Positions 18,944 to 29,212 of a DNA stretch of 64,000 nt are shown piece by piece (position 1 is the stretch's first letter; each line of letters opens with the position of its first letter). The notes under the pieces were generated by a model that saw only the letters and a list, made by a program, of their open reading frames with translations, made no database searches and had not been told where the DNA came from. The stretch is from Marinicella sp. (GTDB lineage: Bacteria; Pseudomonadota; Gammaproteobacteria; Xanthomonadales; Marinicellaceae): the NCBI GenBank assembly GCA_965230295.1, contig OZ246001.1, positions 3,488,001-3,552,000 on the forward strand. The letters run 5' to 3'. A program made the translations under genes and the position numbers.

Positions 18944-19702
18944 ATGAAATTAAGCCCAGAAGAAGTACAACAGTTTATGTCAGAAGGATTCTTGGTGTTT
19001 CGGCAATTGATCGATATGGAACTGTTGAATGAAATCAGAACCCAGACTAAAAATCATTTAAGCTTGCGTTTACCGCCATTTGAATTGGAAGCAGAATTAG
19101 GGTACCCCAAAGCACCACAGTCTGTTGATGCGGAGGGCGGTGAGACCATCAGAAGGTTGCTTTTGGCTTTCAGCCGTGATTCATCTTATCGGGAGTGGGG
19201 AAAGAACAGGGTGGTTAAGTCTATTTTGCAGCAGTTGTTCGACTCCGAGAAAATATACTTGGTCCAATCGCACCACAATTGCATCATGACTAAACAACCG
19301 GATTATTCCAGTAAAACCATGTGGCATCGTGATGTCAGGTATTGGAAATTTGCAACGGCTGAACTGATCAATTCATGGTTAGCAATGGGTTCTGAAGTGA
19401 ATGAAAATGGTTGTTTGAAAGTGATTCCAGGTTCTCATCATTGGGAATTAGAAGAAGGTATGGTCGATGATGAATTGTTCTTGAATGTGAATCATGAAAA
19501 ATCAAAACAGTGGGTTGATCAATCTGTTGATGTCCAGTTGAATGCCGGTGATGTTTTATTCTTTCATGCTGGCATTTTCCATGCAGCCAACCATAACCGC
19601 TCTGAACAAGCTAAATTTTCCCTGGTCTATTCGTATCATGGAGAAAAAAACCACCCTCTTAATGATTCAAAATCAACAACATACGAAGAAATTTTAATCT
19701 AA
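18944..19702 (+). CDS. Phytanoyl-CoA dioxygenase (PhyH) family Fe(II)/2OG dioxygenase
   Basis: WHRD...NGCLKVIPGSH...GDVLFFH...FHAA..N facial triad. Confidence 0.9.
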   Translation: MKLSPEEVQQFMSEGFLVFRQLIDMELLNEIRTQTKNHLSLRLPPFELEAELGYPKAPQSVDAEGGETIRRLLLAFSRDSSYREWGKNRVVKSILQQLFDSEKIYLVQSHHNCIMTKQPDYSSKTMWHRDVRYWKFATAELINSWLAMGSEVNENGCLKVIPGSHHWELEEGMVDDELFLNVNHEKSKQWVDQSVDVQLNAGDVLFFHAGIFHAANHNRSEQAKFSLVYSYHGEKNHPLNDSKSTTYEEILI

Positions 19703-21553
19703 AAAATCAGTCGCTATTTGATTGCGACCATTGTGTTTGGCTTGATACATGGCTTCGTCGGCACATTTCAAAATGTCTCTGAATCTTTGGCTGCCATGGC
19801 TGTGACATATGCCTGCAGACATAGAGACCCTCAGTCCAGGGGCATTGATTTGTACCGGCATGTTTTGAGTATCAATTCTTAACTGGTCAATCAGTTGGTG
19901 TATGTAGTTTGGGGTGCTGCCCTCAAAACCAATCAAAAACTCTTCACCACCCATTCGTCCTACCCATTTGGTGTGAGGTTGTAACTTTGCACACAATTGA
20001 CCGAAGAGTTTCAGGACTTTGTCACCCAGGGCATGGCCGTAGGTGTCATTGATTGTTTTGAAATGATCAAGGTCAATCATAACCAAAGTAAAAGCATCAT
20101 TTTCATTCAATTTATCCAGCTTCCTGCGAATGCTGCCTACGATGTTGCTGCGGTTTCTCAAACCGGAGAGTTCGTCAAAATTTGCCAGTTCATGCAAGCG
20201 CGAACTTTGTTTTTTCAATTTACGATTGAACCCAATCAACACGATAAGAAACCCGGCCATCAGCACTAAAAAAAGTGAAAGTAGCAGGCTCTGTTTTGAT
20301 TGAAATTCTATGGTTTCACCTTGGGCACTGTTTTGTTCAGCCAATAACTGGTTTTTCATGGCATTTTTTTCTACTTCATACCGTGCTCTGATTTCATGCA
20401 ATTTTTCTGTACTGAATTTACTTTCCAACTCAGCTTGTTGTTTGGTGGCAGTCACATAAAGATCAAAGGCTTCCTGGTGATTACCTTGTGCAGACAGGAG
20501 GTGAGCTTTGCGTTTGTTAATGCTGGTTTCACCGTATCTGAAATCACTCTCTTGATTGACTTGTTCAGCTGCTGTGATGTGGTTCTGGGCTTCAGTAAAT
20601 CGCCCTGTGGCTGTTTTTAGCTGACTCAATTGAATTAAATTGTCAAACAACATGTATGAGTTGCCAGCTTGTTTAAACAGGTCCAGAGAAGAAATCAAAA
20701 GTGATTCTGCACGGTCATATGCCTGCTGTTCTATGTGGTGATAAGCCAACTCAGAACTGGCATATGCCACACCCTGGTTATCATCAATGGATTTGGATAA
20801 CTCTATAGATTCTAGCAGTTGATTGATGCCTGATTCATGATTGTTCAGTTCCAGGTTTGCACGGCCCATTTCAAATAACTGGATCGACATGCCTAAGATG
20901 TTGTTGTCACTTTTTTCTTGTTGATATGTTGATTCAAAATAAGGCAAAGCCAACTCGAATTCGTTGCGGTATACATAAATGCCTGCAATATGAGAAGCCA
21001 CATCAGATTGATTGATCAGGCTGCCTTCAATGGGTGCAATTTCTTCGGCTTCCTGCAATGCAATGAGCGCAAGATTATAGTCTTCTATTCGTATATACAG
21101 ATAACTCAGTTGGATCAATGCCAAAGTGGCTAACGAAGCATGTTTTTCATTTTTCGACCATGTAATGATGTTTTTGATTTTGTCAATGTTGCCCGACATC
21201 TGACCTAAACGATCTTCTGCATCCACTTGAGCTATGACCAACAAACTGGCTAACCACGGCTCTGCCTCTGGGTCTATTGCTTGCAACCCAAGCTTGCTGT
21301 GCTCAAGCATTTTTTCAGGGTAATCAAGGGCACCATGGACTTGGCTATAAAGCAGGTGTTGTTGCGCCAGGTCAACTGCTGATAAGGGTTGATACTTTTT
21401 TACAGAATCCAAGGCTTGTTGTGGATCAGATTCAATGGTTTTGAGGACAGCTGATGAATATTCGTTGAGTTGTGTTGTGTAAAACCACTTTGAATCATTC
21501 GCAGATAAGAACGAGGTAAAACACAACAAGACTGTGAGGATTAACAATTTCAT
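19694..21553 (-). CDS. Diguanylate cyclase with periplasmic TPR sensor
   Basis: Signal peptide from MKLLIL, TPR-like helices, one TM, DLDHFKTINDTYGH..GD, GGEEF. Confidence 0.9.
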   Translation of the reverse strand: MKLLILTVLLCFTSFLSANDSKWFYTTQLNEYSSAVLKTIESDPQQALDSVKKYQPLSAVDLAQQHLLYSQVHGALDYPEKMLEHSKLGLQAIDPEAEPWLASLLVIAQVDAEDRLGQMSGNIDKIKNIITWSKNEKHASLATLALIQLSYLYIRIEDYNLALIALQEAEEIAPIEGSLINQSDVASHIAGIYVYRNEFELALPYFESTYQQEKSDNNILGMSIQLFEMGRANLELNNHESGINQLLESIELSKSIDDNQGVAYASSELAYHHIEQQAYDRAESLLISSLDLFKQAGNSYMLFDNLIQLSQLKTATGRFTEAQNHITAAEQVNQESDFRYGETSINKRKAHLLSAQGNHQEAFDLYVTATKQQAELESKFSTEKLHEIRARYEVEKNAMKNQLLAEQNSAQGETIEFQSKQSLLLSLFLVLMAGFLIVLIGFNRKLKKQSSRLHELANFDELSGLRNRSNIVGSIRRKLDKLNENDAFTLVMIDLDHFKTINDTYGHALGDKVLKLFGQLCAKLQPHTKWVGRMGGEEFLIGFEGSTPNYIHQLIDQLRIDTQNMPVQINAPGLRVSMSAGICHSHGSQRFRDILKCADEAMYQAKHNGRNQIATDFLD

Positions 21554-21710
21554 TTTTGTGCTGTGATTGATGATGAGTTTAAAAATTTGAACTTCCCACC
21601 CAATGACCATGATAATTATTATATATGAATTCGATTAATTTTGTTTGATCAAGAGATTACGTGTTGTAGCAGCCTACAAAACACCTGTAATCAAAGGATG
21701 GATTTAGGGC

Positions 21711-21743
21711 AAAAAAAAACGGAACCCTGAGGTTCCGTTTTTT
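21711..21743 (-). terminator. Rho-independent terminator of the cold-shock gene
   Basis: aaaaaacggaacc-ctga-ggttccgtttttt; long A run gives a U-tail on the minus strand. Confidence 0.9.
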
Positions 21744-21762
21744 CATTGGACTTCAAAACTGA

Positions 21763-21978
21763 TTAAACAGCAACGATGTTTTCAGCTTGAGGACCTTTTT
21801 GACCTTGTGTGATGTTGAATTCAACTTGTTGACCTTCTTGTAAAGTTCTGAAGCCATCTCCATCAGTTACGATTGCACTGTAGTGTGCAAATACATCTGA
21901 ACCTGATGCTTGTTGAATGAAACCAAAACCTTTTGACTCGTCAAACCATTTGACGGTACCTGTTACTTTTTCTGACAT
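21763..21978 (-). CDS. csp: Cold-shock protein (CspA family)
   Basis: GTVKWF..KGFGFI (RNP1), DVFAHYSAI (RNP2), KGPQA. Confidence 0.97.
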   Translation of the reverse strand: MSEKVTGTVKWFDESKGFGFIQQASGSDVFAHYSAIVTDGDGFRTLQEGQQVEFNITQGQKGPQAENIVAV

Positions 21979-22104
21979 ATGTATACCTTAAATAATAAAA
22001 ATAAAATGTGCTTGAATGGTCGTCACAACGGTCAACTGGTCAACGAATTAAGAATAAAGCTTTGAAAAGGAGAGTTTATTCGGACGAGTCTTCGAGCAAG
22101 TCGC

Positions 22105-22133
22105 AGTCTATAGATTTGCAACAGTGAAGTCAA
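22105..22133 (-). promoter_or_regulatory. Sigma70 promoter of the cold-shock gene (about 120-nt 5' UTR)
   Basis: TTGACT-17 nt-TAGACT on the minus strand. Confidence 0.7.
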
Positions 22134-22153
22134 ACAAAAACCTTGAAATACTG

Positions 22154-22193
22154 TCATATTGCGGTATTTTTTGAAAAAAACACCGCAATATGA
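22154..22193. terminator. Hairpin downstream of ETF-QO gene
   Basis: tcatattgcggt ... accgcaatatga, perfect 12-bp inverted repeat with additional T/A pairing. Confidence 0.65.
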
Positions 22194-22216
22194 ATGGATT
22201 AGAGTGGTTTGTTCAC

Positions 22217-23863
22217 TTACATGTTTGAGTAATTTGGTCCGCCACCACCTTCTGGTGTATCCCAGTTGATGTTCTGAGATGGGTCCTTGATGTCACAAGT
22301 CTTGCAGTGAACACAGTTCTGGGCATTGATGCGAAAGGTCTGTTGGTTGTTTTCTTCCACCACTTCATAAACCGCAGCTGGACAATACCTTTGTGCCGGT
22401 TCTGCCCATTTGGGTAAATTGACTTCAATGGGTTTGTTGGGGTCTGCCAATTGTAAATGACATGGTTGATCTTCTTCGTGGTTGGTACTTGATAAGAAAA
22501 CAGATGACAAGCGGTCGAAAGAGATTTCATTGTCAGGACGAGGGTAGTCAATTGGCTTGGCTTGATCTGCAGGTTTCAGACATGCATGGTCAGGCTTTTT
22601 ATTGCGCCAGGTGAAAGGTAATTTGCCAAAAAATATATTCTGGTCAATGAATGTAAAGGCAGCCCCGAAGAAGGTTCCCAATTTATTCAGTCCAGGTTCA
22701 AAATTTCTGGTTTTATGTAGTTCTTTATATATGGATGATTGTTTGATGTTGTCAGCATATGCAGTCAATTCACCATTGACTTGATCATTCAATAAGGCCT
22801 CTGCAATGGTTTCACCAGCAATGATCCCTGATTTAAGCGCTGTGTGGGTGCCTTTGATTTTTGCGGGATTCAAGAAGCCGGCTTCACAGCCAACCAATAA
22901 CCCACCAGGGAAGGTGAGTTTTGGTAATGATTGATAACCACCCTTGTTCAAAGCCCTGGCACCATAGGAAACCCGTTTGCCGCCTTTGATCACATTCTTG
23001 ATCACAGGATTTTGTTTCCATTGTTGGAATGTTTCAAACGGACTGAGGTAGGGGTTGTCATAGTTCAGTGCCACCACAAAGCCTAAAGCCACTGTGCCTT
23101 TTTCTAAATGGTATAAAAATCCACCGCCTTCAGTGTGGTTATCCAGTGGCCAGCCCAGGGTATGGACCACATGACCAGGACTGGAAACAGATTCATCAAC
23201 CTGCCAAACTTCTTTCAAACCAATGCCATAGTGCTGTGGATCAACGCCTTTTTGCAGTTCAAATTTTTGCATGAGTGATTTGCCCAGCGAACCGCGACAA
23301 CCTTCAGCAAAGACCGTTTGGGGAGCCAGCAGTTCATAGCCCGGTTCAAAGCTGCCTTTTTCGTTTCCAGCTGCATCAATACCCATGTCACCGGTTACAA
23401 TGCCTCTGACAGAGCCGTCGTCATTGTATAAAATTTCTTTGGCAGGGAAACCTGGAAATATATTGACTCCTAAATTCTCGGCTTGTTCACCCAGCCAACG
23501 ACAAAGGTTTCCTAATGAAACGATGTAATTACCATGATTGCGCATGGGTCTTGGGATCAAGAATCCTGGTACCTTGGTGTCCTTTTCTAAGCCACGCAGG
23601 TAATGAAACTCATCATCGGTGACCTGAGTTTTAACCGGTGCTCCTTGTTCTTTCCAATCAGGAAACAATTCAGTCAAGGCGTCGGTTTCTATCACAGCAC
23701 CTGACATGATGTGGGCACCAATTTCCGAGCCTTTTTCAACCAGGGCAATTTGCCAATCTTTACCATTTTCTTGGGACAACTGGGCCAAACGACAAGCAGT
23801 GGCTAGACCTGAAGGTCCTCCTCCCACAATGACCACATCAAATTCCATAGATTCTCTGTTCAT
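22217..23863 (-). CDS. Electron transfer flavoprotein-ubiquinone oxidoreductase
   Basis: GGGPSG FAD motif, GAHIMSGA, C-terminal CPAAVYE...NCVHCKTCDIKDP 4Fe-4S motif. Confidence 0.97.
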   Translation of the reverse strand: MNRESMEFDVVIVGGGPSGLATACRLAQLSQENGKDWQIALVEKGSEIGAHIMSGAVIETDALTELFPDWKEQGAPVKTQVTDDEFHYLRGLEKDTKVPGFLIPRPMRNHGNYIVSLGNLCRWLGEQAENLGVNIFPGFPAKEILYNDDGSVRGIVTGDMGIDAAGNEKGSFEPGYELLAPQTVFAEGCRGSLGKSLMQKFELQKGVDPQHYGIGLKEVWQVDESVSSPGHVVHTLGWPLDNHTEGGGFLYHLEKGTVALGFVVALNYDNPYLSPFETFQQWKQNPVIKNVIKGGKRVSYGARALNKGGYQSLPKLTFPGGLLVGCEAGFLNPAKIKGTHTALKSGIIAGETIAEALLNDQVNGELTAYADNIKQSSIYKELHKTRNFEPGLNKLGTFFGAAFTFIDQNIFFGKLPFTWRNKKPDHACLKPADQAKPIDYPRPDNEISFDRLSSVFLSSTNHEEDQPCHLQLADPNKPIEVNLPKWAEPAQRYCPAAVYEVVEENNQQTFRINAQNCVHCKTCDIKDPSQNINWDTPEGGGGPNYSNM

Positions 23864-24501
23864 ATTCTGTAACTCACAAATTTCATTATTTTTGACATAC
23901 CAGTCATGACCTGTTTCACAGGCCCTGGTAATTCTACGCCCCCGGCATTTTTAGCATCATTGCCATGCCTGATTTCATCAGCTTGCATTTGCTGTAAAAT
24001 TTTTAATGACTTGGGATCTTGCTCTCCAATGTCATCAATGTGCTCTTGTAGATGTGATTCCACCTGCCTTTCAGTTTCAATCACAAAACCATAACTGATT
24101 TCATCACCAAAAAAAGCCGCCAATGACCCTATGGCAAAAGAGTGCAAGTACCAAAAGGGGTTGGTGATGCTGATGGATTCTCCCAATTCGTCTAATCTGG
24201 ATTGACACCAGTTTAAATGATCATGTTCCTCTTTGGCAGCTTGGATCAAATGTTGCCTGGTATTTTCATCCTTGGCCATCATGGCTTGACCATTGTACAA
24301 AGCTTGAGCACAGACTTCACCGGTGTGGTTGATGCGCATTAAGCCTGCAGTGTGCTTACCTTGTTGATCGGTCAGCTCAGGTTGAGCAACATCAAATCCA
24401 GGTATCGAGGCATCATTTTTGGTGGTGTGATTCAATACTTTGAGCATGCGATCAAATTCAATCATCATTCGGTTGCTCAATGATTCATTCATGGTCTTCA
24501 T
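23860..24501 (-). CDS. coq7: Demethoxyubiquinone hydroxylase Coq7 (di-iron)
   Basis: GLMRINHTGEVCAQALY.GQ, EE.DHL.WC, ETERQVE.HL, DE.RH. Confidence 0.95.
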   Translation of the reverse strand: MKTMNESLSNRMMIEFDRMLKVLNHTTKNDASIPGFDVAQPELTDQQGKHTAGLMRINHTGEVCAQALYNGQAMMAKDENTRQHLIQAAKEEHDHLNWCQSRLDELGESISITNPFWYLHSFAIGSLAAFFGDEISYGFVIETERQVESHLQEHIDDIGEQDPKSLKILQQMQADEIRHGNDAKNAGGVELPGPVKQVMTGMSKIMKFVSYRI

Positions 24502-24650
24502 TGTGGATGTGGATCTTTTGTTAAAAGCAGCAACATTTTAACATTTATTGAACAAAATAAGCCTAAAACAAGACATTTAACAATTTGTTTATTGATATTT
24601 ACGGCAGATTCGTTAAATTACGCCATTTAGACAATTTGATCAGGAAAGAT

Positions 24651-25367
24651 ATGAAAAAATCATTATTATGTTTGGCAGTTGCCAGTCTTTACAGTTCTGC
24701 CGGTTTAGCAGATGACGAATCGGGTGTAACTTGGTCTGGTACAGGCCAATTGGGTTTTTCAATGACTTCGGGAAATTCAGACACAGAAAACTTGAGTGCC
24801 GGCTTGGCTGTCAAGCGTGAATCTGAAAAATGGGTCAGTGACGTGTCTTTGGACCTGTTGCGTGCCTCAAGTGATGATGTGGATACCGCTGAACGATTTA
24901 CCATCAATACCAAAACTGGTTATAAGTTCGATGACAATGATTACGTTTATTATGGAACTCGGTACGACAACGATAATTTTTCAGGTTTTGATTATACGAT
25001 GACCACTTCAGTTGGTTGGGGTCATAAATTTCATGACAATGAAGAATCCAGGTTAATTACTGAGCTTGGCATTGGTTACAAAACTGAAGCTTTGGACATT
25101 GATCGCACTGAAAACAATGGTGCCGTTTTTTCTGGCAAACTTGATTACATGCGCCAGATAACTGAAACCACTAAGTTTGAAGACGTGTTATTGGTTGAAG
25201 CGGGCAGTGACAACACATTCGTGCAAAATGACTTGGGTTTTTCATTCAAAGTCAGTGAAAAATTTGCGGTTAAATTGGCTCATCAATACCGTCACAACAC
25301 AGATGCACCTGTTGGTAGAGATTCAACCGACACTTTGGTGTCTGCTAATTTGGTGTACGATTTCTGA
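24651..25367 (+). CDS. DUF481/YdiY-family outer-membrane beta-barrel protein
   Basis: Signal peptide; W.G...LG...TSGNSDT; amphipathic beta strands; C-terminal F. Confidence 0.88.
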   Translation: MKKSLLCLAVASLYSSAGLADDESGVTWSGTGQLGFSMTSGNSDTENLSAGLAVKRESEKWVSDVSLDLLRASSDDVDTAERFTINTKTGYKFDDNDYVYYGTRYDNDNFSGFDYTMTTSVGWGHKFHDNEESRLITELGIGYKTEALDIDRTENNGAVFSGKLDYMRQITETTKFEDVLLVEAGSDNTFVQNDLGFSFKVSEKFAVKLAHQYRHNTDAPVGRDSTDTLVSANLVYDF

Positions 25368-25388
25368 TTTACATCATCATTCAAAGTT

Positions 25389-25420
25389 ATAAAAAAGCCC
25401 GCAGATGCGGGCTTTTTTAT
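25389..25420. terminator. Bidirectional Rho-independent terminator
   Basis: ataaaaaagcccgc-agat-gcgggcttttttat between convergent genes. Confidence 0.92.
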
Positions 25421-25431
25421 ATGGTTTTGTA

Positions 25432-26628
25432 TCATCTCAGCTTCACTTTGGCGAACTTGCGCTTACCCACCTGAAACACTTCATGGGTCCCGGCAGGGAA
25501 GTTTTGTTTGGGGTCTTGTAGTTTTTCTCCATTCAGCTTAACAGCACCTTGCTTTACCATTCTGATGGCATCGGATGTGCTGGAACACAAGCCTGCATTT
25601 TTCAGGATATGGGCCAAGCCCATTTCGCCATTTTCTGTGGTCAGTTCAATTTCATCGATGTCATCCGGGATGGCGCCTTTCTGGAACTGGGCTTTGAAAG
25701 CATTGAGCGCCTCTTGAGCGGCATCGCCATCATGAAAACGTTCGATCAACTCCAAAGCCAAATCGAATTTAACATCTCTGGGGTTTTTACCATTGGATAC
25801 GTCGGTTTTGTATTGCTCAATTTCGGCATTGGATTTAAAGCTCAATAAATCAAAGTATCGCCACATGAGGTCATCAGAAATAGACATGACTTTACCAAAC
25901 ATTTCGGTTGGCGCATCTTCTATGCCAATGTAGTTGCCCAAGGATTTTGACATTTTGTTGATGCCATCCAAACCTTCTAACAACGGCATGGTGATGACAA
26001 TTTGGGGGTCTTGACCTGCTTGTGACTGTAAATGCCTGCCCACCAATAAATTGAATTTTTGATCGGTGCCGCCGAGTTCTACATCACATTTCAGGGCCAC
26101 TGAGTCGTAGCCTTGAGCCAGAGGGTACATGAATTCTGATATGGCAATGGATTGGCCGGATTTATAGCGTTTGTTGAAATCATCACGTTCCAACATTCTG
26201 GCCACATTGTATTTGGTAGATAACCTCACCATATCTGCTGCACTCATGTCATTGAACCAGTTCGAATTGAATTCTATGATGGTTTTATCACGGTCCAGTA
26301 TTTTATAAATTTGGTCCTGGTATGTTTTGGCGTTTTCCAACACTTCTTCACGAGTCAAAGCTTTGCGCGTGGCGCTTTTACCCGTAGGGTCGCCAATCAT
26401 TCCAGTGAAATCTCCAATCAAGAAGATGACATCATGTCCCAAATCCTGGAAGTGGCGCATCTTGTTGATTAATACCGTGTGTCCCACGTGTAAATCGGGT
26501 GCTGTGGGGTCAAATCCTGCTTTGACTCTGAGTTTTTTTCCTGCTTTGAGTTTGGTTTCTAATTCTTCAAGTTTAATGACTTCATCTGTGCCTCGACAGA
26601 TCAAATCCAGTGCATCTTGTACAGACAT
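25432..26628 (-). CDS. tyrS: Tyrosine--tRNA ligase
   Basis: [19 protein letters not shown]-terminal S4 domain. Confidence 0.99.
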   Translation of the reverse strand: MSVQDALDLICRGTDEVIKLEELETKLKAGKKLRVKAGFDPTAPDLHVGHTVLINKMRHFQDLGHDVIFLIGDFTGMIGDPTGKSATRKALTREEVLENAKTYQDQIYKILDRDKTIIEFNSNWFNDMSAADMVRLSTKYNVARMLERDDFNKRYKSGQSIAISEFMYPLAQGYDSVALKCDVELGGTDQKFNLLVGRHLQSQAGQDPQIVITMPLLEGLDGINKMSKSLGNYIGIEDAPTEMFGKVMSISDDLMWRYFDLLSFKSNAEIEQYKTDVSNGKNPRDVKFDLALELIERFHDGDAAQEALNAFKAQFQKGAIPDDIDEIELTTENGEMGLAHILKNAGLCSSTSDAIRMVKQGAVKLNGEKLQDPKQNFPAGTHEVFQVGKRKFAKVKLR

Positions 26629-26830
26629 GTTGAAAGATTCGTTAAAAAGGGGTTAATTCTACAGAAATAAGCCAAATTATAGAACCTCAATTGAACCAAT
26701 GACTGAAAAAATCATCTATAATTTCCAACAATCAACGAAAGTTACTGGAAATTGACCTATCAAAGCACAAGCCATCCGTAAAAAGACCCAGGCCAACAAC
26801 CTGTCGGTAAATTTCAATCAAATCAAATCA

Positions 26831-28123
26831 ATGATCAGTCCTCTGACCTCTGCTAAAAAAATAGGGGTCTTTATGATTGTGGTGTTTGTAATTTATGCCA
26901 TCAGTGACATGATATCTGTTGATGCAGATGCGCACCCTCAAGTGATCAGCGCCAAACAAAACCAACTCATAGATATACCTTCTGTTCCTTTGATGAGTTT
27001 CGCTGAAAATGGGCTGGTCGGTTCTGAACAGTTCATTCACAAAACCATCACCGTGCAAAAAGGGCAGACTTTGTCAGGCATATTTACTGACTTGGGTTTG
27101 TCACAAGCACTGCTGTTGAAAATTGCCCATTTCAATGAAGACAGTAAGAAATTGGTTAAAGTCATGCCTGGTAATGATTTACATTTCACCATGACACCTG
27201 ATGGTGATTTGACCCAGTTACGCTACCAGGCCTCGGTGTTTGAAGAATTGATCATTCACAACGACATGGATCAATTGTCGACTGAATTGATCACCCATGA
27301 CCAACAAATTCGTTTGGTCAGTGCGGAAGGCACCATCACCAATTCATTGTTTGGTGCCGGTAAAAGCGCTGGTTTAACAGATAATATGGTCATGCAACTG
27401 GCCTATATATTTAGTTGGGACATCGATTTTGTGTTGGAGATCAGGGAAGGCGATTCTTTCAGTTTGATTTATGAAAAGATTTATAAGGATGGTGAATATT
27501 TAGCCGAAGGTAAAATCTTGGCTGCCAGCTTCACCAACCAGGGAACCACCTACGAAGCCGTGTTTTATGAACACGAAGAAGGTGATGGCAGTTACTATGC
27601 AGCAGATGGCCGAGCGATGAAGAAGGCGTTTTTAAGGGCGCCATTGAATTTTTCTTACATCAGTTCGAATTTCAATCCCAGGCGCAAACACCCGATTACC
27701 AACCGGGTCAAGGCCCACAGAGGTATTGACTACAGAGCACCCACGGGAACACCTGTTTATGCTGCAGGTGCAGGGCGTGTGACCCATTCTACTTATAATA
27801 AATACAATGGAAACTATGTCTTCATTCAACATCCGAATGGCATCGTGACCAAATACCTGCATTTTTCTAAAAGGGCGGTTAAAAAAGGCCAGCGCGTTAA
27901 ACAGGGTCAAACCATTGGTTATGTGGGCAGTACCGGCTTATCGACTGCACCGCATTTGCATTACGAATTTATTTATCAAGGGGTTCATCGCAATCCCAGA
28001 ACCGTTTCATTGCCTAAGTCAAAGCCATTACCAGATGCAGTCATGCCTGACTTCATGACTTACTCGAAACCATTGCTGACTCGCCTTTCTGACCTCAAAG
28101 AAAATTTAGTGGCGCAAAACTGA
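26831..28123 (+). CDS. M23 peptidoglycan DD-endopeptidase (OapA/MepM-like)
   Basis: HRGIDY (HxxxD), YLH, STAPHLHYEF (HxH); conserved tyrS/M23/anmK synteny. Confidence 0.92.
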   Translation: MISPLTSAKKIGVFMIVVFVIYAISDMISVDADAHPQVISAKQNQLIDIPSVPLMSFAENGLVGSEQFIHKTITVQKGQTLSGIFTDLGLSQALLLKIAHFNEDSKKLVKVMPGNDLHFTMTPDGDLTQLRYQASVFEELIIHNDMDQLSTELITHDQQIRLVSAEGTITNSLFGAGKSAGLTDNMVMQLAYIFSWDIDFVLEIREGDSFSLIYEKIYKDGEYLAEGKILAASFTNQGTTYEAVFYEHEEGDGSYYAADGRAMKKAFLRAPLNFSYISSNFNPRRKHPITNRVKAHRGIDYRAPTGTPVYAAGAGRVTHSTYNKYNGNYVFIQHPNGIVTKYLHFSKRAVKKGQRVKQGQTIGYVGSTGLSTAPHLHYEFIYQGVHRNPRTVSLPKSKPLPDAVMPDFMTYSKPLLTRLSDLKENLVAQN

Positions 28124-29208
28124 TGTATTACATCGGTGTGATGTCTGGCACTTCTTGTGATGGAGTGGATGTGGTGGTGGTTGATTTCACAGAGCAGATA
28201 AACTGCGTAGCCAATGCCCATGTCGCTTACCCAAAGAATACCAGGAATCAGATCCTGAGTTTACTTCAACAACCATCCATATCGCTTCAGGCATTCAGCC
28301 GACTTGATGCTGAGTTGGGTCACCTTTATGCCCAAGTGATACAAACAGTTTTGTCTGAGAACCGCATAGATGCAGAACAAATACACGCCATAGGCCTGCA
28401 TGGCCAAACTGTTTATCATGACCCTGAACATGAATTTGCCAACACCATTCAATTGGGTTCGGCTCCCAGTGTCGCACAGTACACCGGTATACCGACTGTG
28501 GCTAATTTTCGACAAATGGACATCGCCAATGGAGGTCAGGGTGCCCCTCTGGCACCCATTTTTCATCAAACCATGTTTGCCAAACCTGATCAATCTGTGG
28601 CACTCATCAATTTAGGTGGTATTGCCAATATTACGTGGTTACATCATGGACAAGTCATGGGCTTTGATACAGGTCCTGCCAACTGTTTGATGGATGACTG
28701 GATACAGCTTCATCAGCAAATTTATTTCGATCATGGTGGACAATGGGCACAACAAGGTCACGTAAAAACTGACTTGTTGACATCAATGATGACTGATGAT
28801 TATTTTGCAAAAAAGCCACCCAAGAGTACGGGGCGCGAGTATTTTAACCTTAAGTGGTTAGAGCAGCACTTGAGTCAACAGGTGATCAGTCCAGTTGATG
28901 TTCAGCGAACTTTGCTGCAATTGACTGTGGATTCAGTGGTTCAAGACTTAACCTCTTTGGCTACAGATTGGGATCAAATCATTGTCTGTGGTGGTGGCGC
29001 TCACAATCGATTTTTGTTGGCTGAGCTCGGTCAAAAACTGCAACAACCAGTGGTCAGCAGCAGTGACTTGGGAATGGATACAGATTTTGTAGAAGCCACT
29101 ATGATGGCATGGTTGGCACAACAACGGGTGACAGAACAGAGGTTGGACTTAGGCAGCATCACAGGTGCGAAGAAACCACTGTTGTATGGCGTAATTCACC
29201 AACCTTGA
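28123..29208 (+). CDS. anmK: Anhydro-N-acetylmuramic acid kinase
   Basis: GVMSGTSCDGVD, HGQT, GGQGAPLAP, NLGGIAN, GFDTGPAN, PKSTGRE. Confidence 0.97.
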   Translation: MYYIGVMSGTSCDGVDVVVVDFTEQINCVANAHVAYPKNTRNQILSLLQQPSISLQAFSRLDAELGHLYAQVIQTVLSENRIDAEQIHAIGLHGQTVYHDPEHEFANTIQLGSAPSVAQYTGIPTVANFRQMDIANGGQGAPLAPIFHQTMFAKPDQSVALINLGGIANITWLHHGQVMGFDTGPANCLMDDWIQLHQQIYFDHGGQWAQQGHVKTDLLTSMMTDDYFAKKPPKSTGREYFNLKWLEQHLSQQVISPVDVQRTLLQLTVDSVVQDLTSLATDWDQIIVCGGGAHNRFLLAELGQKLQQPVVSSSDLGMDTDFVEATMMAWLAQQRVTEQRLDLGSITGAKKPLLYGVIHQP

Positions 29209-29212
29209 TGGG

